64,000 nucleotides of DNA from an uncultured Lachnospiraceae bacterium (GCA_947167445.1 CAMVID010000008.1:206-64205); one strand, 5' to 3'. Positions 26,901-39,020 are shown, counted from the stretch's first letter. Numbers and translations: made by a program. Notes: generated by a model not told the origin, from the letters alone.

Positions 26901-29900
26901 TGTATAAGTAATTTCGTTTGCCGAACCGGTCTTGGGAAGAGAATCTGTAGCATTGACTCGTCTTCCGCCATTGGCTGCCGCACCGCTTCCGCCGTGAGAG
27001 CTTACAGCTTCGCTTGAAGCCATGGTAATGTCTCCCACCAAACCTCCGGCATAATCCTTTGCACTGACGGTTCCTGCAAAATAGTTTCCAAAGAGCGATG
27101 CTGTTGAATAACCGTAGTTGTCTTTACCGCTTACCTTGGTTACCGTGTAACCGTTTCTGTATGCTCCGTCTACACCGCCTGCGTAGAAATTAGCGGCTTT
27201 TACATTTGCATTGGAGTAGCTGTACTGGACACTTCCCGTAAAGTGATATCCTGCTACACCTCCTACGTAGTTGTTACCTGAAACGAAGTATTTATCATTT
27301 GCCTTTGGCGATGCAGCGCTTTCAGGCTCCGCGTAGTAGAAGCATCGGGATAAGGAGTTGTTAAGGTATCCTGCCACGCCTCCTACATTATTGTGTTTAG
27401 GCGCATCTATGGTTGTATTTACCGCACTCGAATAGTAGACAGGATAATATGCATATCCGATAACACCGCCGACGTTCTTAAGCTCCGTTGTTATGCTTCC
27501 GGTCTGATTCAGTTCAATCGTCGAATCCTCAACCTTACAATAGTAGATTGAACCGTCTGAGGACTTGTAGCCGTATCCCAGTCCTACGAAACCATGGTTG
27601 TTAATCTTGATCTTCGTTCCCTTAACCATGTCATAGTAGCTGATATAGGAAATCTGTCCGGCGATACCGCCTACGTAGTTATAAACTGCGGTGGTATCCT
27701 TAACAGCGGTTACCAGAGTGTGGTAGCAATGACTGTCATAGTCATCTGTACAGTAGCCATACATTCCGCCAATGTTATTGACATATCCCTTGACCACTAT
27801 GCCGTCTACCATGTTGCTGACATTGGTTTCTGCGGTGTCATAGGGTGAGGTTTGCACTACTCTTGTGTTGTAAGCCCCGGCAGAGTTGATTTTGCCAAGG
27901 AAATAAACATTCGTGTAGCCTATGAGTCCGCCAATGTGAGTACTGCTTGTGGTCGGATTCTTGAAGCTTATGGTTGTGGTTGATGTATCTGTATATCCGT
28001 CAGCATCTTTGCTGACTGTTCCCGTAAGGGTTACGTCTGCGAAGAAGGATCCGGTTTTGCCTGACATTCTTCCTGGCTCATAACCTCCCACAATGCCGCC
28101 TACTCTCGCATTGGCATTTGAAGTAACAGTGAAGTCTGTACCCCTGATCTTATAGAAGCTTGCCTTGCCTGCTCCTCCGGAGATTCCTCCAACATTTCCG
28201 TTTCCGAATACATTTACATTGGTGGCATCTATATTTGTGAAAATCGTATTACTCTTCGCATATCCCGTAATGCCACCTGCATAAGGACTTGCAGTTGTAG
28301 CGTTTGTTCCTATGGTTACATTGTTTAATACAATCTTTCCGGAATCGGGATCTGCCTCATCATACTTACCGATGCAGCCACCGTTCTGATATCCGATAAG
28401 GCCGATGAAGTTGTTGGCGGAGATGCTGTTGATGGTGATATTGTTAAACTCCATATCATAAACCGCACCTGATGAAGTTCCGATAAGACCGATACAGTCA
28501 CGGCTCTTTGTGTTGACTGAGCAGTTACTGAATCTAAGGTTTGATATCTCGGAATTCAGTCTGAAGATAAGGTTCTCGTTTGCATTGGTGAGTCTGATGT
28601 TACTTAAGGTAAGCATTGAATCACCGGTTCCCACGGTTCGGAAGCCTCTCAGACGTCCTATCTTTGCGTTCTTTGTATAAGCTGCTCCCGATGAGAAATC
28701 GATATCATTTACGATTCTGAAGTTCTCATAGTTGCCGTAATTGGTCTCCTCTTTAATGTACTTATTCCAGGTAGTAATATCCGCAATATCCGCGAAGAGC
28801 ATAAGGGGAATTCGTACAGGGTTATTCTCGAAATTTGAATGACCCGTTATTTTTCCGTCAGCGCTCTTATAGCTTATGGACATAAGCATGTAACTGTCTA
28901 AGAAATGCTCCTGCTTGATGTCATACTCAATAGGCTGTCTTGCGGTACCGCTTGCATTAAAGGTTGCTTTATAGTTGTTATAGAATTTGCAATTAAGATC
29001 CTCTATTTTATAGCCGGTAATGACATAGCCTTCAGGGCCTTCAAGGTCAAGAGCAATACGTCTTTCTGTTTCATTGACGAATACGCTTGTAACCTTTATA
29101 AGGTTGTTTTCAACCTTGGTAAGGCTCAAAGGTATATCCTTCTCCTGGAAAGGCATGGGCACACTTGTGCCGTAGTAATATAGCGTAGGCAGGTGTTCTG
29201 CTGCTGCCTTGCTGTAATCGTAAGCACCGGCATCCATATCAAGTAGTGATGAATCCGTATAGGTGGCAGGATTCGTGGCCTGATCATATGTGATAAGTCC
29301 AAATGTGTTCTTGTCACAATCCTTTACGGTACCCTGATATGATTCATCTGAAATAAGTATTCCGTCCTCATCGAATTTGGCTCCGGTAATACCGTTATAA
29401 AGCTGAACCTCACAGCCGTAGAAGGTGCTTCTTGTTCCTGCCATGGAACCTGTTGTATATGAAACGTCATCTGAATCCGTGTTGACGCACATTACATTTC
29501 CAAGAGCAACACCGGACATATTGTTTCTCTCGGCGATGGTTCCCTCGGTGATGTTGATTTCACCTGCTATACCACCCACGTTATCCTGGTAACTCTTTAC
29601 GTCTACTCTTGAAATTATATTGGTCATCATGTTGGTGACGCAGCCTGCGGTATGGTAACCCACAATTCCGCCTACGTTGTTGCCACGCACACTGATATCA
29701 CCTGTAGCATACAGATTTTCAAGGGCTGAAGTTCCGCTGTAGCCTACTATTGCTCCTGCACCCAGACAGGTTCTTAAATCGTTTGCTTCTATTTGAACGT
29801 TTCTTGCAAAACAGTTGGTGACTCTGCAGCCGTCAGCTCTAGCTGCGATGGCTCCGATTTTGCCTTCCGTATTGGAGTTGGCAGGTTCGGCATATGTAAT

Positions 29901-32900
29901 CTCTGCGTCGGTTGAACTGCAGTTTTCAATCAGAGTTCCACCGTATGCATAACAAACAAGGGTTGTCAGATATGTTCTTCCCGTAATATGAGATCTTACT
30001 GTGTGAACGTTGCTGACCTCTCCATATAATGCTGTGATAAAACCGTTGTAATCTCTGTTTGGAACATTGGCGGTGAAATCCTCTATGCAAAGGTTCTTTA
30101 CAGAGCCGTCAACTCTTGTAAACACAACGGGGTTATATCCGCTTCCCGTAAATGTAATATTCTTAAGGCAGAAACCTTTTCTTGTGGCATTGTTGTCCTT
30201 TTCGACGCCACCCTTTCCCATTCCGCCGTCAAGCTTTCCGGTATATGTGTTAGTTACGCAAATTCTGTCTCTTGGGACACCGGAGAAATCAATGTCGCAT
30301 GCCAGTCTTGCGTTTTCATCAGGTTTCTTAACCACATAGTTGTACCAGTCATCCGCAGTCTCAATCAATCTGTAGAAATCGACTGCAAGAAGTGCGTCGC
30401 TTTGTACAACCGATGTGGAGTTTCCAACGGACACGGTAAGGTTCTCTATCGCATACATGGACACAAACTTGGCAGGATTTGAAACCTTAAGATACATAGT
30501 TGTGTATCCGTCAAGCATGGTTGTTTTGAAGGTGTCATCTTCGTAGAGGTCGGTGTCAAGGTTCTCGATTGATACTGCTTTGATAACGGCGTTCCGGGGG
30601 TTATTAAGTCTAAGTTTGATGAGGGCTGAATCGCCGTTTTCACCGTATGAGACCACCTCCGTGGAAATTACTTCCACCAACCTTGTGATGTTGCGATTAG
30701 GCAGAGGTATAAGCTCCTGATCCGGGAGCTCGTTACTTAGGGATACATGAGGGTAGAATCCAACCTCAACGGGCTGCGCATCAAAGCCCGCGCCCAGAAC
30801 CTCACCTTGCCAGTTGTAATCATATAGTGATTCCAAACCAATCATATGTTGCTTGGTAGATTTGGCATAAACATTATTACCTTCATTCCAGTAGTAAATT
30901 CCGGAATGGGTTGCACTGTTGACACCGAGGGCAGGTCCAACAATTTCTGTGTCGTACATTTTGCCGTTATATGGCATATTGTAGAAGGACTGTCCGACGC
31001 TGTACATGCTTTCGCAGTTTCCGATTGCATAGCCGATTATTGCGCCATACTGCGTGTCACGTGCCTTTGAAGCATTCATGTCGGGGTTTGATACCACCAC
31101 GTTTACAAGGGAGAAGACATGATCGGTCTTACCTCTTGAATTCTGGTAGCCTATGATACCGCCCACATTGATTCCCGAACCTGCCGAGGTGGTCTGGGTC
31201 ACGGAATTAATGTCTGATCCATAAACGTAACCGTTTCTTACAACACCATCGTTAAGGTATACAAGAAGACCTGCGTTGCTTCTTGCAGAAAAAACACAGC
31301 TATCTCCCTGAGGATCATTCTTTATAACGAAGCGCTCAATAACACCGCTGGCTGCGTTTCGTCCTGCAACAAGTCCGTAGTAGATGTTGTTGGTTCCGGA
31401 ACCGCCAAGGTAATGAACGAAAATATCGTGAATATGTCCGTAGTTATGTCTGCAGAAAATACCATGGTCATACTCTCTTGTTGTGGTATGATCCGAAAAC
31501 TCAAATACGGCGTTTTTAATCTCAGCCTTGGGACCGATATTTGAGAATATAGCTCCTTCATTCTTATAGTTATTCTTCTGAAGCTTATATCCCTGGAAAT
31601 CAATTTCTCCCCTGAAGGTTCCTGTTACACCCGCACTGGGAAGCGTTGCCTTTAAAGCACCGTTACTGTCATAGTCAACTTCATCCATGATGATGTCACC
31701 GGTAACAACAAATCTTGCGTTGGGATTCTTGCTGATCTTTTCTACAAATTCTTTAGCATTTGCAATCTCAAAAATGCAGTCTCTTGCATTGAATTCCAAT
31801 GTGTCAAGAATCAGCTTGTTTTTGTTTATAATTACGTACAGAGTCATTTTGTACGTATCATCCGCCTTGTTAACCTTCCACTCAGAGTTGGTTCTTATGG
31901 TATTAGTACCGTCATCATAAGCGTAATTTTCTACCTTTGTAAGGCTTGTATCGAAAGTGGAAGTAATATCAACCCCATTCTTCTCCACTGTGATGAAATA
32001 AGGCATCTGGCCGTTCATAATGCGGTCATCATCGTAGATAAGAACTCTGGTCTTGGCGGTAAGTCTTGTAGCCGAGAAGTTATCAAGGCTTATTAATTTG
32101 ATATTTCCCGAAAGGTTAATGGGATTATCAATAAAGTGCTGGTAAATAAGCTTGTTGGACTCAAAAGTCTCGTTGGTGTATCCTTCGTTGTACTCAACGG
32201 CAACGAAATTCATAAAGAAGGTTTCCGAAGGATCAAGTCCCGTAAACTCATAGGGAACAGGTGCGTCTGTATTCTTCGGTACACGTACGGCCCTTACCAG
32301 GTTCCTGTGGCTGTCATACAAATTAAGTACCACAACATGACCCGAGTTACCTGTGATGGCTCCGTCGGGATCTTCTATTTTTACGTTAAATCTCAAAGTG
32401 CCGGCCGCCAAAAGATCATCGGTAACCGTTACCTTTGCAGGCTCACGCATGGTCTTGAAGGCAGACCTTGTAAGAGATACGTTCATCTCATATCTCTTGC
32501 CGTTATAAAGGGCATAAACCACGGGAGTGATTGAATACTCCGTCATGCTTGTAAGGTAATAGGGAACCTCATCACCCACAACAGGATTATTCTTAATATC
32601 CCTGAAGTTCTTAAGAGCTTCCTTTTGTGCGTCTGAAAGGCCTTCGCCCTTCTCGAAATAATTGGCGTCCATCAATACACTTCCGGGAGTCAGATCCTTG
32701 TTTCCGGTGTCAGGATTGTAACCCGTGAAGTTATGCATTGCCTCATTATCAAAAACCATACCCGAATGAACTCCGGGGTTGGCTCCCTCGGTAGTATTAA
32801 TAAGAAATACCACGTCAGAAAGAAGGCCCTGAAGAGTTTCATTGGTCTTGGCATCGTTTATTGTGTAAGTTATATTTGCACTGTGCGCTGTTACATGGGC

Positions 32901-35090
32901 GATATTTACATCAATATAAATATTGCCAAGGGAAGACAATGTAGCTGCCTTAAAATCAATGCTGGCTATCTCATCGTGTCTAAGGACTCCTCTCCTGTTG
33001 TCAAGGTCGTAGTCCGTAAGGAGATAGACATAGTATCTCTGGTTAAGATCAAGGCAGTTGGCTGTTATCTCAACGTCACTTGCCTCCAGTGCACCGTTAT
33101 TTAAGGTGTAATCGTTGGTATTAAACTTATAGACAAAGTGAACCGTACTCTCATTATCGGTATTGGCTCCGACTCTGGAGTTATTATTGTCTATGTATCC
33201 CTTTGCGGCATCCCACATGGTGGCGTCATCCGCATATCTTTCCTTCTTGATGGTGCTGATTACAAGATAAACGTCTCGCTCTGATGCAGGGCCGTTTTCA
33301 GGTGCTACGGATGCTGTGTCGGGGTCAATGATATTAACCTTAAACTTGGCCTCACCAATCTTGTTGGTAACAAGTTCAATGGAACCCTGAGGTCTTGATT
33401 TACATGTGTCAAATGTGCCTGTATTTCTGTATATCTGAAGGTCGTTACCAAAGTAATCCTTACCCGTAATCACATAGCTGTAGGAGCTGTTTGAATCAAG
33501 AACGGGAAGGGATTTAAAATCAGCCAGTGCCCCTTTCTTGAAATCCGTTACTGCGGAAATATCAATGACAGTAACAAACTTCTCCCCTGCTATTCCGTCC
33601 TTTGTAGCTGTGAGAATCAGATTCTTAGGATCAAGTCCGTAAACCGCCTCTTCATCCGTTACGGTCTCGTCGTAGGTTACATTGGTAATCTCTACATAAT
33701 TGTCATAGTAGAAAGGTATATCCTTATAAGTGATTCCGTTTTCGGTACCTTCTTTGAAGTAAATACTTCCAACCTGAGAAAGATCTCCGGTTCTTACGAA
33801 GATGTCCGAAGCCACGGACTCGACTATTCTCTCGTTGTGCTCATCATAATATGTGAAATATACGTTTACTCTGTAATCTGTGTTGGGCTTAATGTTACCG
33901 CCACCTGCAGTAACCGTACCTGAGGATGAGGTATATGTTCTGTACGCAAGAGTCTCCTTGCCGTTACCCTCCTGCTCATAAAACTCGAACTGAACCTTTC
34001 TTAATCTGTCAATTCGGGACGCAGGGTCGTTTACGTCAACTCCTACTCTTACTCTGTATACGCCGGGTGTTGTACCTGTTATGGTGACAACAGGTTTTAT
34101 ATAATCCTCCACAAGGGGTGCCTCAGCGTCCTTGGGAGTTTTGTCCGGTCTTAAGCTGTCCGGTCTGACGCCGTTGGTACCCCCTTGTGGGGATTTGCGT
34201 GATTTGGCCCCGGAGGCTGCGGCAGTAGCTGCAGGAGAAAGAATGGCGTCATATCGTTTAGGACGCTCCTTCTTCTCACGCTCCGGTTTTTTGACCTCTT
34301 CCTTTTCAGGTTTGGCCTCCTCTGTTTCAGGCTCCTCAATAATCTCCTTTTCAGGTTCCTCAATTATCTCTTCTTCAGGGAATTCTTCAGCTTTCTCGAA
34401 GTTCTTCTTATCATAGGTAACCCCAAGATTAATCAGAAGCTCTTTATATGTTATTTCCCTATCGCCAACGGTAAGAAGTGTATCGGGAGTCATTCCGTTA
34501 AGAGCTCTGTAATGCATCTCCTCGTCGCTTATCTCGCAATAGGTAAAGTATTTCTCGGTAAAGAAAACAACACTGTTCATGGGCACTTCTTTTGCCACGC
34601 CCTGATCAACCACAAAGTTATCCAGTGTTACAAAGAATCCGTTGGGAAGTCCCGCAAAAAGATACTCGTCATCTGCAGCACGGCTTCCGTCGGGGTTAAA
34701 TGAAATACGTTCGCTTACGGAAAGTCCCTTATAAGTCGAGAACTTCTCGTATTCGTTGTTGAAAAGCTTTGCCCTGTCATCGAAAAACCAGATTCCGGCT
34801 CCTCCGTTAATAATCAGGGGAAAGTTAATGTCAATCTTTGTTTTCTTGTTCTCGCCCATGTAATATGAGCTGCCTCTGGTATATACGAAATCCAGAGCAT
34901 CAAAAGGATAAAGGCCTGCATCGACCTCCTCGGGTTCCTCCTCAGGATCGTTCATGAGTAAAGCGGATACGGACTTGTCCTCAATGGCCAGTCCGCCACG
35001 ATCCATCTGCATGAATATGTTAAATCTTGTCTGTAAAAGGAGCAGGATTACAATAATTGCTGCTCCTATTGCAAAGCATATCTTCTTCAT
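23937..35090 (-). CDS. Giant (3717 aa) envelope protein: N-terminal TM, juxtamembrane module, E/P/K linker, FN3/Ig-like domains, GLUG-type beta-helix repeats, acidic G/E/T-rich spacer, C-terminal TM
   Basis: Uninterrupted 11.15-kb ORF. The N-terminus is MKKICFAIGAAIIVILLLLQ. More than 20 copies of NVGGI(I/V/A)GY-type motifs are present, for example NVGGIIGYQN, NVGGIVGYHT, YAGGITGYAK, HIGGLIGYTN and YVGGVAGYHF. The C-terminus is MALYVLASLALLAGIGGAIYYRKKHKVKI. Confidence 0.85.
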   Translation of the reverse strand: MKKICFAIGAAIIVILLLLQTRFNIFMQMDRGGLAIEDKSVSALLMNDPEEEPEEVDAGLYPFDALDFVYTRGSSYYMGENKKTKIDINFPLIINGGAGIWFFDDRAKLFNNEYEKFSTYKGLSVSERISFNPDGSRAADDEYLFAGLPNGFFVTLDNFVVDQGVAKEVPMNSVVFFTEKYFTYCEISDEEMHYRALNGMTPDTLLTVGDREITYKELLINLGVTYDKKNFEKAEEFPEEEIIEEPEKEIIEEPETEEAKPEKEEVKKPEREKKERPKRYDAILSPAATAAASGAKSRKSPQGGTNGVRPDSLRPDKTPKDAEAPLVEDYIKPVVTITGTTPGVYRVRVGVDVNDPASRIDRLRKVQFEFYEQEGNGKETLAYRTYTSSSGTVTAGGGNIKPNTDYRVNVYFTYYDEHNERIVESVASDIFVRTGDLSQVGSIYFKEGTENGITYKDIPFYYDNYVEITNVTYDETVTDEEAVYGLDPKNLILTATKDGIAGEKFVTVIDISAVTDFKKGALADFKSLPVLDSNSSYSYVITGKDYFGNDLQIYRNTGTFDTCKSRPQGSIELVTNKIGEAKFKVNIIDPDTASVAPENGPASERDVYLVISTIKKERYADDATMWDAAKGYIDNNNSRVGANTDNESTVHFVYKFNTNDYTLNNGALEASDVEITANCLDLNQRYYVYLLTDYDLDNRRGVLRHDEIASIDFKAATLSSLGNIYIDVNIAHVTAHSANITYTINDAKTNETLQGLLSDVVFLINTTEGANPGVHSGMVFDNEAMHNFTGYNPDTGNKDLTPGSVLMDANYFEKGEGLSDAQKEALKNFRDIKNNPVVGDEVPYYLTSMTEYSITPVVYALYNGKRYEMNVSLTRSAFKTMREPAKVTVTDDLLAAGTLRFNVKIEDPDGAITGNSGHVVVLNLYDSHRNLVRAVRVPKNTDAPVPYEFTGLDPSETFFMNFVAVEYNEGYTNETFESNKLIYQHFIDNPINLSGNIKLISLDNFSATRLTAKTRVLIYDDDRIMNGQMPYFITVEKNGVDITSTFDTSLTKVENYAYDDGTNTIRTNSEWKVNKADDTYKMTLYVIINKNKLILDTLEFNARDCIFEIANAKEFVEKISKNPNARFVVTGDIIMDEVDYDSNGALKATLPSAGVTGTFRGEIDFQGYKLQKNNYKNEGAIFSNIGPKAEIKNAVFEFSDHTTTREYDHGIFCRHNYGHIHDIFVHYLGGSGTNNIYYGLVAGRNAASGVIERFVIKNDPQGDSCVFSARSNAGLLVYLNDGVVRNGYVYGSDINSVTQTTSAGSGINVGGIIGYQNSRGKTDHVFSLVNVVVSNPDMNASKARDTQYGAIIGYAIGNCESMYSVGQSFYNMPYNGKMYDTEIVGPALGVNSATHSGIYYWNEGNNVYAKSTKQHMIGLESLYDYNWQGEVLGAGFDAQPVEVGFYPHVSLSNELPDQELIPLPNRNITRLVEVISTEVVSYGENGDSALIKLRLNNPRNAVIKAVSIENLDTDLYEDDTFKTTMLDGYTTMYLKVSNPAKFVSMYAIENLTVSVGNSTSVVQSDALLAVDFYRLIETADDWYNYVVKKPDENARLACDIDFSGVPRDRICVTNTYTGKLDGGMGKGGVEKDNNATRKGFCLKNITFTGSGYNPVVFTRVDGSVKNLCIEDFTANVPNRDYNGFITALYGEVSNVHTVRSHITGRTYLTTLVCYAYGGTLIENCSSTDAEITYAEPANSNTEGKIGAIAARADGCRVTNCFARNVQIEANDLRTCLGAGAIVGYSGTSALENLYATGDISVRGNNVGGIVGYHTAGCVTNMMTNIISRVDVKSYQDNVGGIAGEINITEGTIAERNNMSGVALGNVMCVNTDSDDVSYTTGSMAGTRSTFYGCEVQLYNGITGAKFDEDGILISDESYQGTVKDCDKNTFGLITYDQATNPATYTDSSLLDMDAGAYDYSKAAAEHLPTLYYYGTSVPMPFQEKDIPLSLTKVENNLIKVTSVFVNETERRIALDLEGPEGYVITGYKIEDLNCKFYNNYKATFNASGTARQPIEYDIKQEHFLDSYMLMSISYKSADGKITGHSNFENNPVRIPLMLFADIADITTWNKYIKEETNYGNYENFRIVNDIDFSSGAAYTKNAKIGRLRGFRTVGTGDSMLTLSNIRLTNANENLIFRLNSEISNLRFSNCSVNTKSRDCIGLIGTSSGAVYDMEFNNITINSISANNFIGLIGYQNGGCIGKYDEADPDSGKIVLNNVTIGTNATTASPYAGGITGYAKSNTIFTNIDATNVNVFGNGNVGGISGGAGKASFYKIRGTDFTVTSNANARVGGIVGGYEPGRMSGKTGSFFADVTLTGTVSKDADGYTDTSTTTISFKNPTTSSTHIGGLIGYTNVYFLGKINSAGAYNTRVVQTSPYDTAETNVSNMVDGIVVKGYVNNIGGMYGYCTDDYDSHCYHTLVTAVKDTTAVYNYVGGIAGQISYISYYDMVKGTKIKINNHGFVGLGYGYKSSDGSIYYCKVEDSTIELNQTGSITTELKNVGGVIGYAYYPVYYSSAVNTTIDAPKHNNVGGVAGYLNNSLSRCFYYAEPESAASPKANDKYFVSGNNYVGGVAGYHFTGSVQYSYSNANVKAANFYAGGVDGAYRNGYTVTKVSGKDNYGYSTASLFGNYFAGTVSAKDYAGGLVGDITMASSEAVSSHGGSGAAANGGRRVNATDSLPKTGSANEITYTYRNLGLASKITATGGTHAHAFAGNVDGFEGRANRSNQTSGSYGDAKDRSTVDKADITFFWDSTELETTAGSVKLAFLKNSEAPEWARNGSAKFVQYNVIEGTTDVARYVVYSNDRTGVYDTKEKDTTNTLNVRLITGTDLATHGPYYTMYHVSSSTGNTNPGWAGRYYYVILTADTKTYSGVYANGNYGAVSGKSYLPHIRVNNNTTANDSLTQYQVRKNINLPAPTSSLGKIRLRAAMRIMRPVISDPVVYASSASTINIEFAENALQAESTYVKVYYGNQSEPAVQTLLNYGESNSRVLTLNYDFAKKIRIEYGYADVGGYIASMSEDGKTLGVDYEIEDILEDYSFLDDYTMAYKDEDSLEEEEGDGGESLEGGNPYIYKPRSLARRVMTYDTAYYYVTDGGVVKGYGSSAEERGEDGKDPTATLISGKFVNIYEGFGLTSSGRVINLSDGSVIGDTVKGIELTRSPKALEEFNLNGMPVSTYWKYAMIGGADDFITREAQILKSRNGNVNIIHSSIENIKDSAVMYTKDGDEYLTVLGNDGIMFDLYMGENINAPEDFKRSGILYMSNNFNTSAPFILVEYANGGIVGYNYMTGEYLFDNSIKNEMSLIDYIKVYFSGDKSLLKPAASLYGATGRVAELAGTPERLATMVVGNNNGELLEGNNEGGVTAFDKSTEKVLFDEDNTEKTGDNKTLRNLEEDSGFDIGIDTDEVKGSDSENKKSNVADGMLIAGNMDEGEAAGNGIEGGASTEGERNGGEALAMGGTASETGEESLVGGSKAAGLGGEENSKKAHTNGEGGGVGTGEVNELDEPDLDGSQETVDGTNETSGEATGGGTGRAPAVEGKASSNETAATESLETDGVNVGKHSSSVKDLMEVAEDEETESEAPTDSVTTEKKLMTVYNQSTGTYEIIDMDKFMTDSGYESENARLSIKDFSVYGGYITDSKPTDEENKKGMALYVLASLALLAGIGGAIYYRKKHKVKI

Positions 35091-35111
35091 GACATTCCCT
35101 TCTTCATGAAC

Positions 35112-35822
35112 CTAGTTCATATCTATTACCGCAACCTTATCCACTGCAGAGTAAAGCAGTGCCTCTCCGGTGTTGGTGTAAAGGACATCTAGGCCCAGAT
35201 TGAGAAGGAATCCGGATTTTCCCTCGGCGGTAACCAAAACATCGTTGATTCCCACCACGTTGTCCTCGTCTGTTTCACTGTTGTGATATTCAACACTTCC
35301 CGCATATCTCACCTTCACATATGAAAGTGCGGGAAGGTCTGTTGTAACATTACCGATACGCAGTTTGACAGGCTCAAGGAAGATGTACAAATCCGAGCCG
35401 TCGTAGAGAAAGCCGCCATAGCTCTGGGCCTTCTTCTCTCCCGAAGTAAAAGTAACCCTGCCGGTGTCCTCGGTAACGGTGGTAAAATAGTTGATTCTCT
35501 TAACGTCAGTTCCCTCGGAAGGAACCATGAGAAGCATGTTGCAGGGAAGAGATAGTTTGGTCTCCCCCTTGTACAAAAACGGAGTTTCCGCAACGGGCCT
35601 GCCTTCTGCGGTAACACTTCCTCCGTTCTCTCTGAAAACCGTGTCTGCGGAGTAATTTAATTCGGTGCCCTCAAAGAACTGATGAAGCTCCGTATTAGGC
35701 CTGAATGCAGCCAAACCGTCAACATACCAGAACACAAAAAGGGCCAGCACAAGTAATAAAACTCCTGCCACACCTATTTCTATCATGGTCACTGCTTTCA
35801 TTGGTTTAGATCTGTATATCAT
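35112..35822 (-). CDS. N-anchored membrane protein (236 aa) consisting only of TM + the shared juxtamembrane module
   Basis: TM segment MIEIGVAGVLLLVLALFVFWYV. The C-terminal motif VLVTAEGKSGFLLNLGLDVLYTNTGEALLYSAVDKVAVID resembles segments in the 2120-aa and 3717-aa proteins. It has a 4-nt overlap with the upstream gene. Confidence 0.6.
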   Translation of the reverse strand: MIYRSKPMKAVTMIEIGVAGVLLLVLALFVFWYVDGLAAFRPNTELHQFFEGTELNYSADTVFRENGGSVTAEGRPVAETPFLYKGETKLSLPCNMLLMVPSEGTDVKRINYFTTVTEDTGRVTFTSGEKKAQSYGGFLYDGSDLYIFLEPVKLRIGNVTTDLPALSYVKVRYAGSVEYHNSETDEDNVVGINDVLVTAEGKSGFLLNLGLDVLYTNTGEALLYSAVDKVAVIDMN

Positions 35823-36360
35823 GCGTTAACCTTCCCTCCGTCATCACGGCTTTCAATAATGTTGTAGACGCAACCCATAAGGTCATACAGCGCATAAAGC
35901 ACCAGAAAGATTGCCAAAAAGATAAGTGCAATCATAATCTTCACATCAAAAAGAACATTCTCAAGATATGAAATAAGGAATCCCGATACATATAAAAGTC
36001 CCATAATAAGCGCAGCATTGAACACGCTCACAAGCATTTCCTTAAGCCTTCTTCTGCACAGTCCATAGATGAGCACAAGGCTTCCGTACATAAAGATATG
36101 GACGGGGTAAACCTGGCCCTTGGCAATCAGTAAAGAAATAACCAGATAGAATTTAATCAGGCACATGGCAAGAAGCACCGAGTCCATCATCCTTGCTCCG
36201 TAGAAAAAACCGATTACTCTCAAATTTCCCTTTTGCCATGAAAACTTGCGGCAAAGGACCAAAAGCACAGCGAGCAAAACTACGGTACCCACGGCAGTAA
36301 CAATCATCATGGTCTTAAGGAGAATTATCTGATTGATTATTTTCCCCACTAAAGTTTCTG

Positions 36361-36364
<4 letters not shown>
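35819..36364 (-). CDS. Polytopic membrane protein (181 aa, about 5 TM helices), unknown family
   Basis: Hydrophobic throughout. Charged residues lie in a hydrophobic stretch (GFFYGARMMDSVLLAM). It has 4-nt overlaps with both neighbours. Confidence 0.6.
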
Positions 36365-38205
<1,841 letters not shown>

Positions 38206-38222
38206 TAAAGACCCTCCCGTTT

Positions 38223-39020
38223 TTAATACGCCCTCGTCTTCGTATAGTTATCCAAAACCTTGGCAAACTGCTTGTCTTTGTTCCGACGTCTCTCTTCCAT
38301 AAGCCTTATTTCATCCCTCTCATCAAGCTTATTTAAGGACTCGGTTGTTACATTCTGTCTTGATATATTCTCCGATGCATAGCTTGCCGCTGCTGCAATT
38401 TCCATGGAGTATTTCACGTACAGGACAACCATGTTCACAAGAAGATCATCCACATTCCCCTCGAACGAGAAGTCTTCTTTATAGTCATCCTCTTCATTGG
38501 CTTCACCCTTCGGAACCGGGTAAATCTGCTTGTCAACAAGCGCCACCTGTGAGGAATTGTAGTAATGGTTATAGACTATTGAAATCTTTGAATATCGGCG
38601 TTCCCTTATGGCTTCCTCGAGAAGCCCCATTACCTTGCCGTTATCCTCGTCGTACTCTTCCCTTGTTTGAAAAAGCAGAAGCTTCTCCTTATCGGAAGGT
38701 TTGATTTTTCTTCCGATTACTATCTGCTTCACATCCCTCTCTGCATCTCCTGCCTGATCTCCCAATGTCTTTTTGACCAGAGCATTCAAGTTGCTGCAAA
38801 AGCCCATATCGGAACCTATATAGATGTTCAGTTCCGGCTTTGTGGGGTCAACCTTGTGCATCTTATAATCCAGGGAAATGTTTCTGTTGTTGACTATGTT
38901 GTCAATCATCCTAGTAAGAATCTGCTCCATGGCTGTGTACTTCTTGGACTTGTTTCTTGACTTGTCCACCCTTAAAAGGGAGTGGAAGTTCATAACCTTA
39001 ACGACGCTTCTTATACTCAT
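38223..39020 (-). CDS. F1 ATPase gamma-like subunit (divergent)
   Basis: 265-aa ORF with three eye-aligned blocks to canonical gamma. YIGSDMGFCSNLNALV matches ITSDRGLAGAYNSNV. ISIVYNHYYNSSQ matches LYMYYNHYVSAIQ. YASENISRQNVTTESLNKLDE matches [20 protein letters not shown]. It has an ATGA overlap with alpha. Confidence 0.7.
   Translation of the reverse strand: MSIRSVVKVMNFHSLLRVDKSRNKSKKYTAMEQILTRMIDNIVNNRNISLDYKMHKVDPTKPELNIYIGSDMGFCSNLNALVKKTLGDQAGDAERDVKQIVIGRKIKPSDKEKLLLFQTREEYDEDNGKVMGLLEEAIRERRYSKISIVYNHYYNSSQVALVDKQIYPVPKGEANEEDDYKEDFSFEGNVDDLLVNMVVLYVKYSMEIAAAASYASENISRQNVTTESLNKLDERDEIRLMEERRRNKDKQFAKVLDNYTKTRAY

Noticed and set aside
18511-35090. LPXTG sortase sorting signals in the 1334-aa and 3717-aa proteins
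   Set aside because: I found no L-P-x-T-G preceding the C-terminal TM helices. The IPTGE in the 1334-aa spacer lacks the x position and is more than 80 residues from the TM segment.
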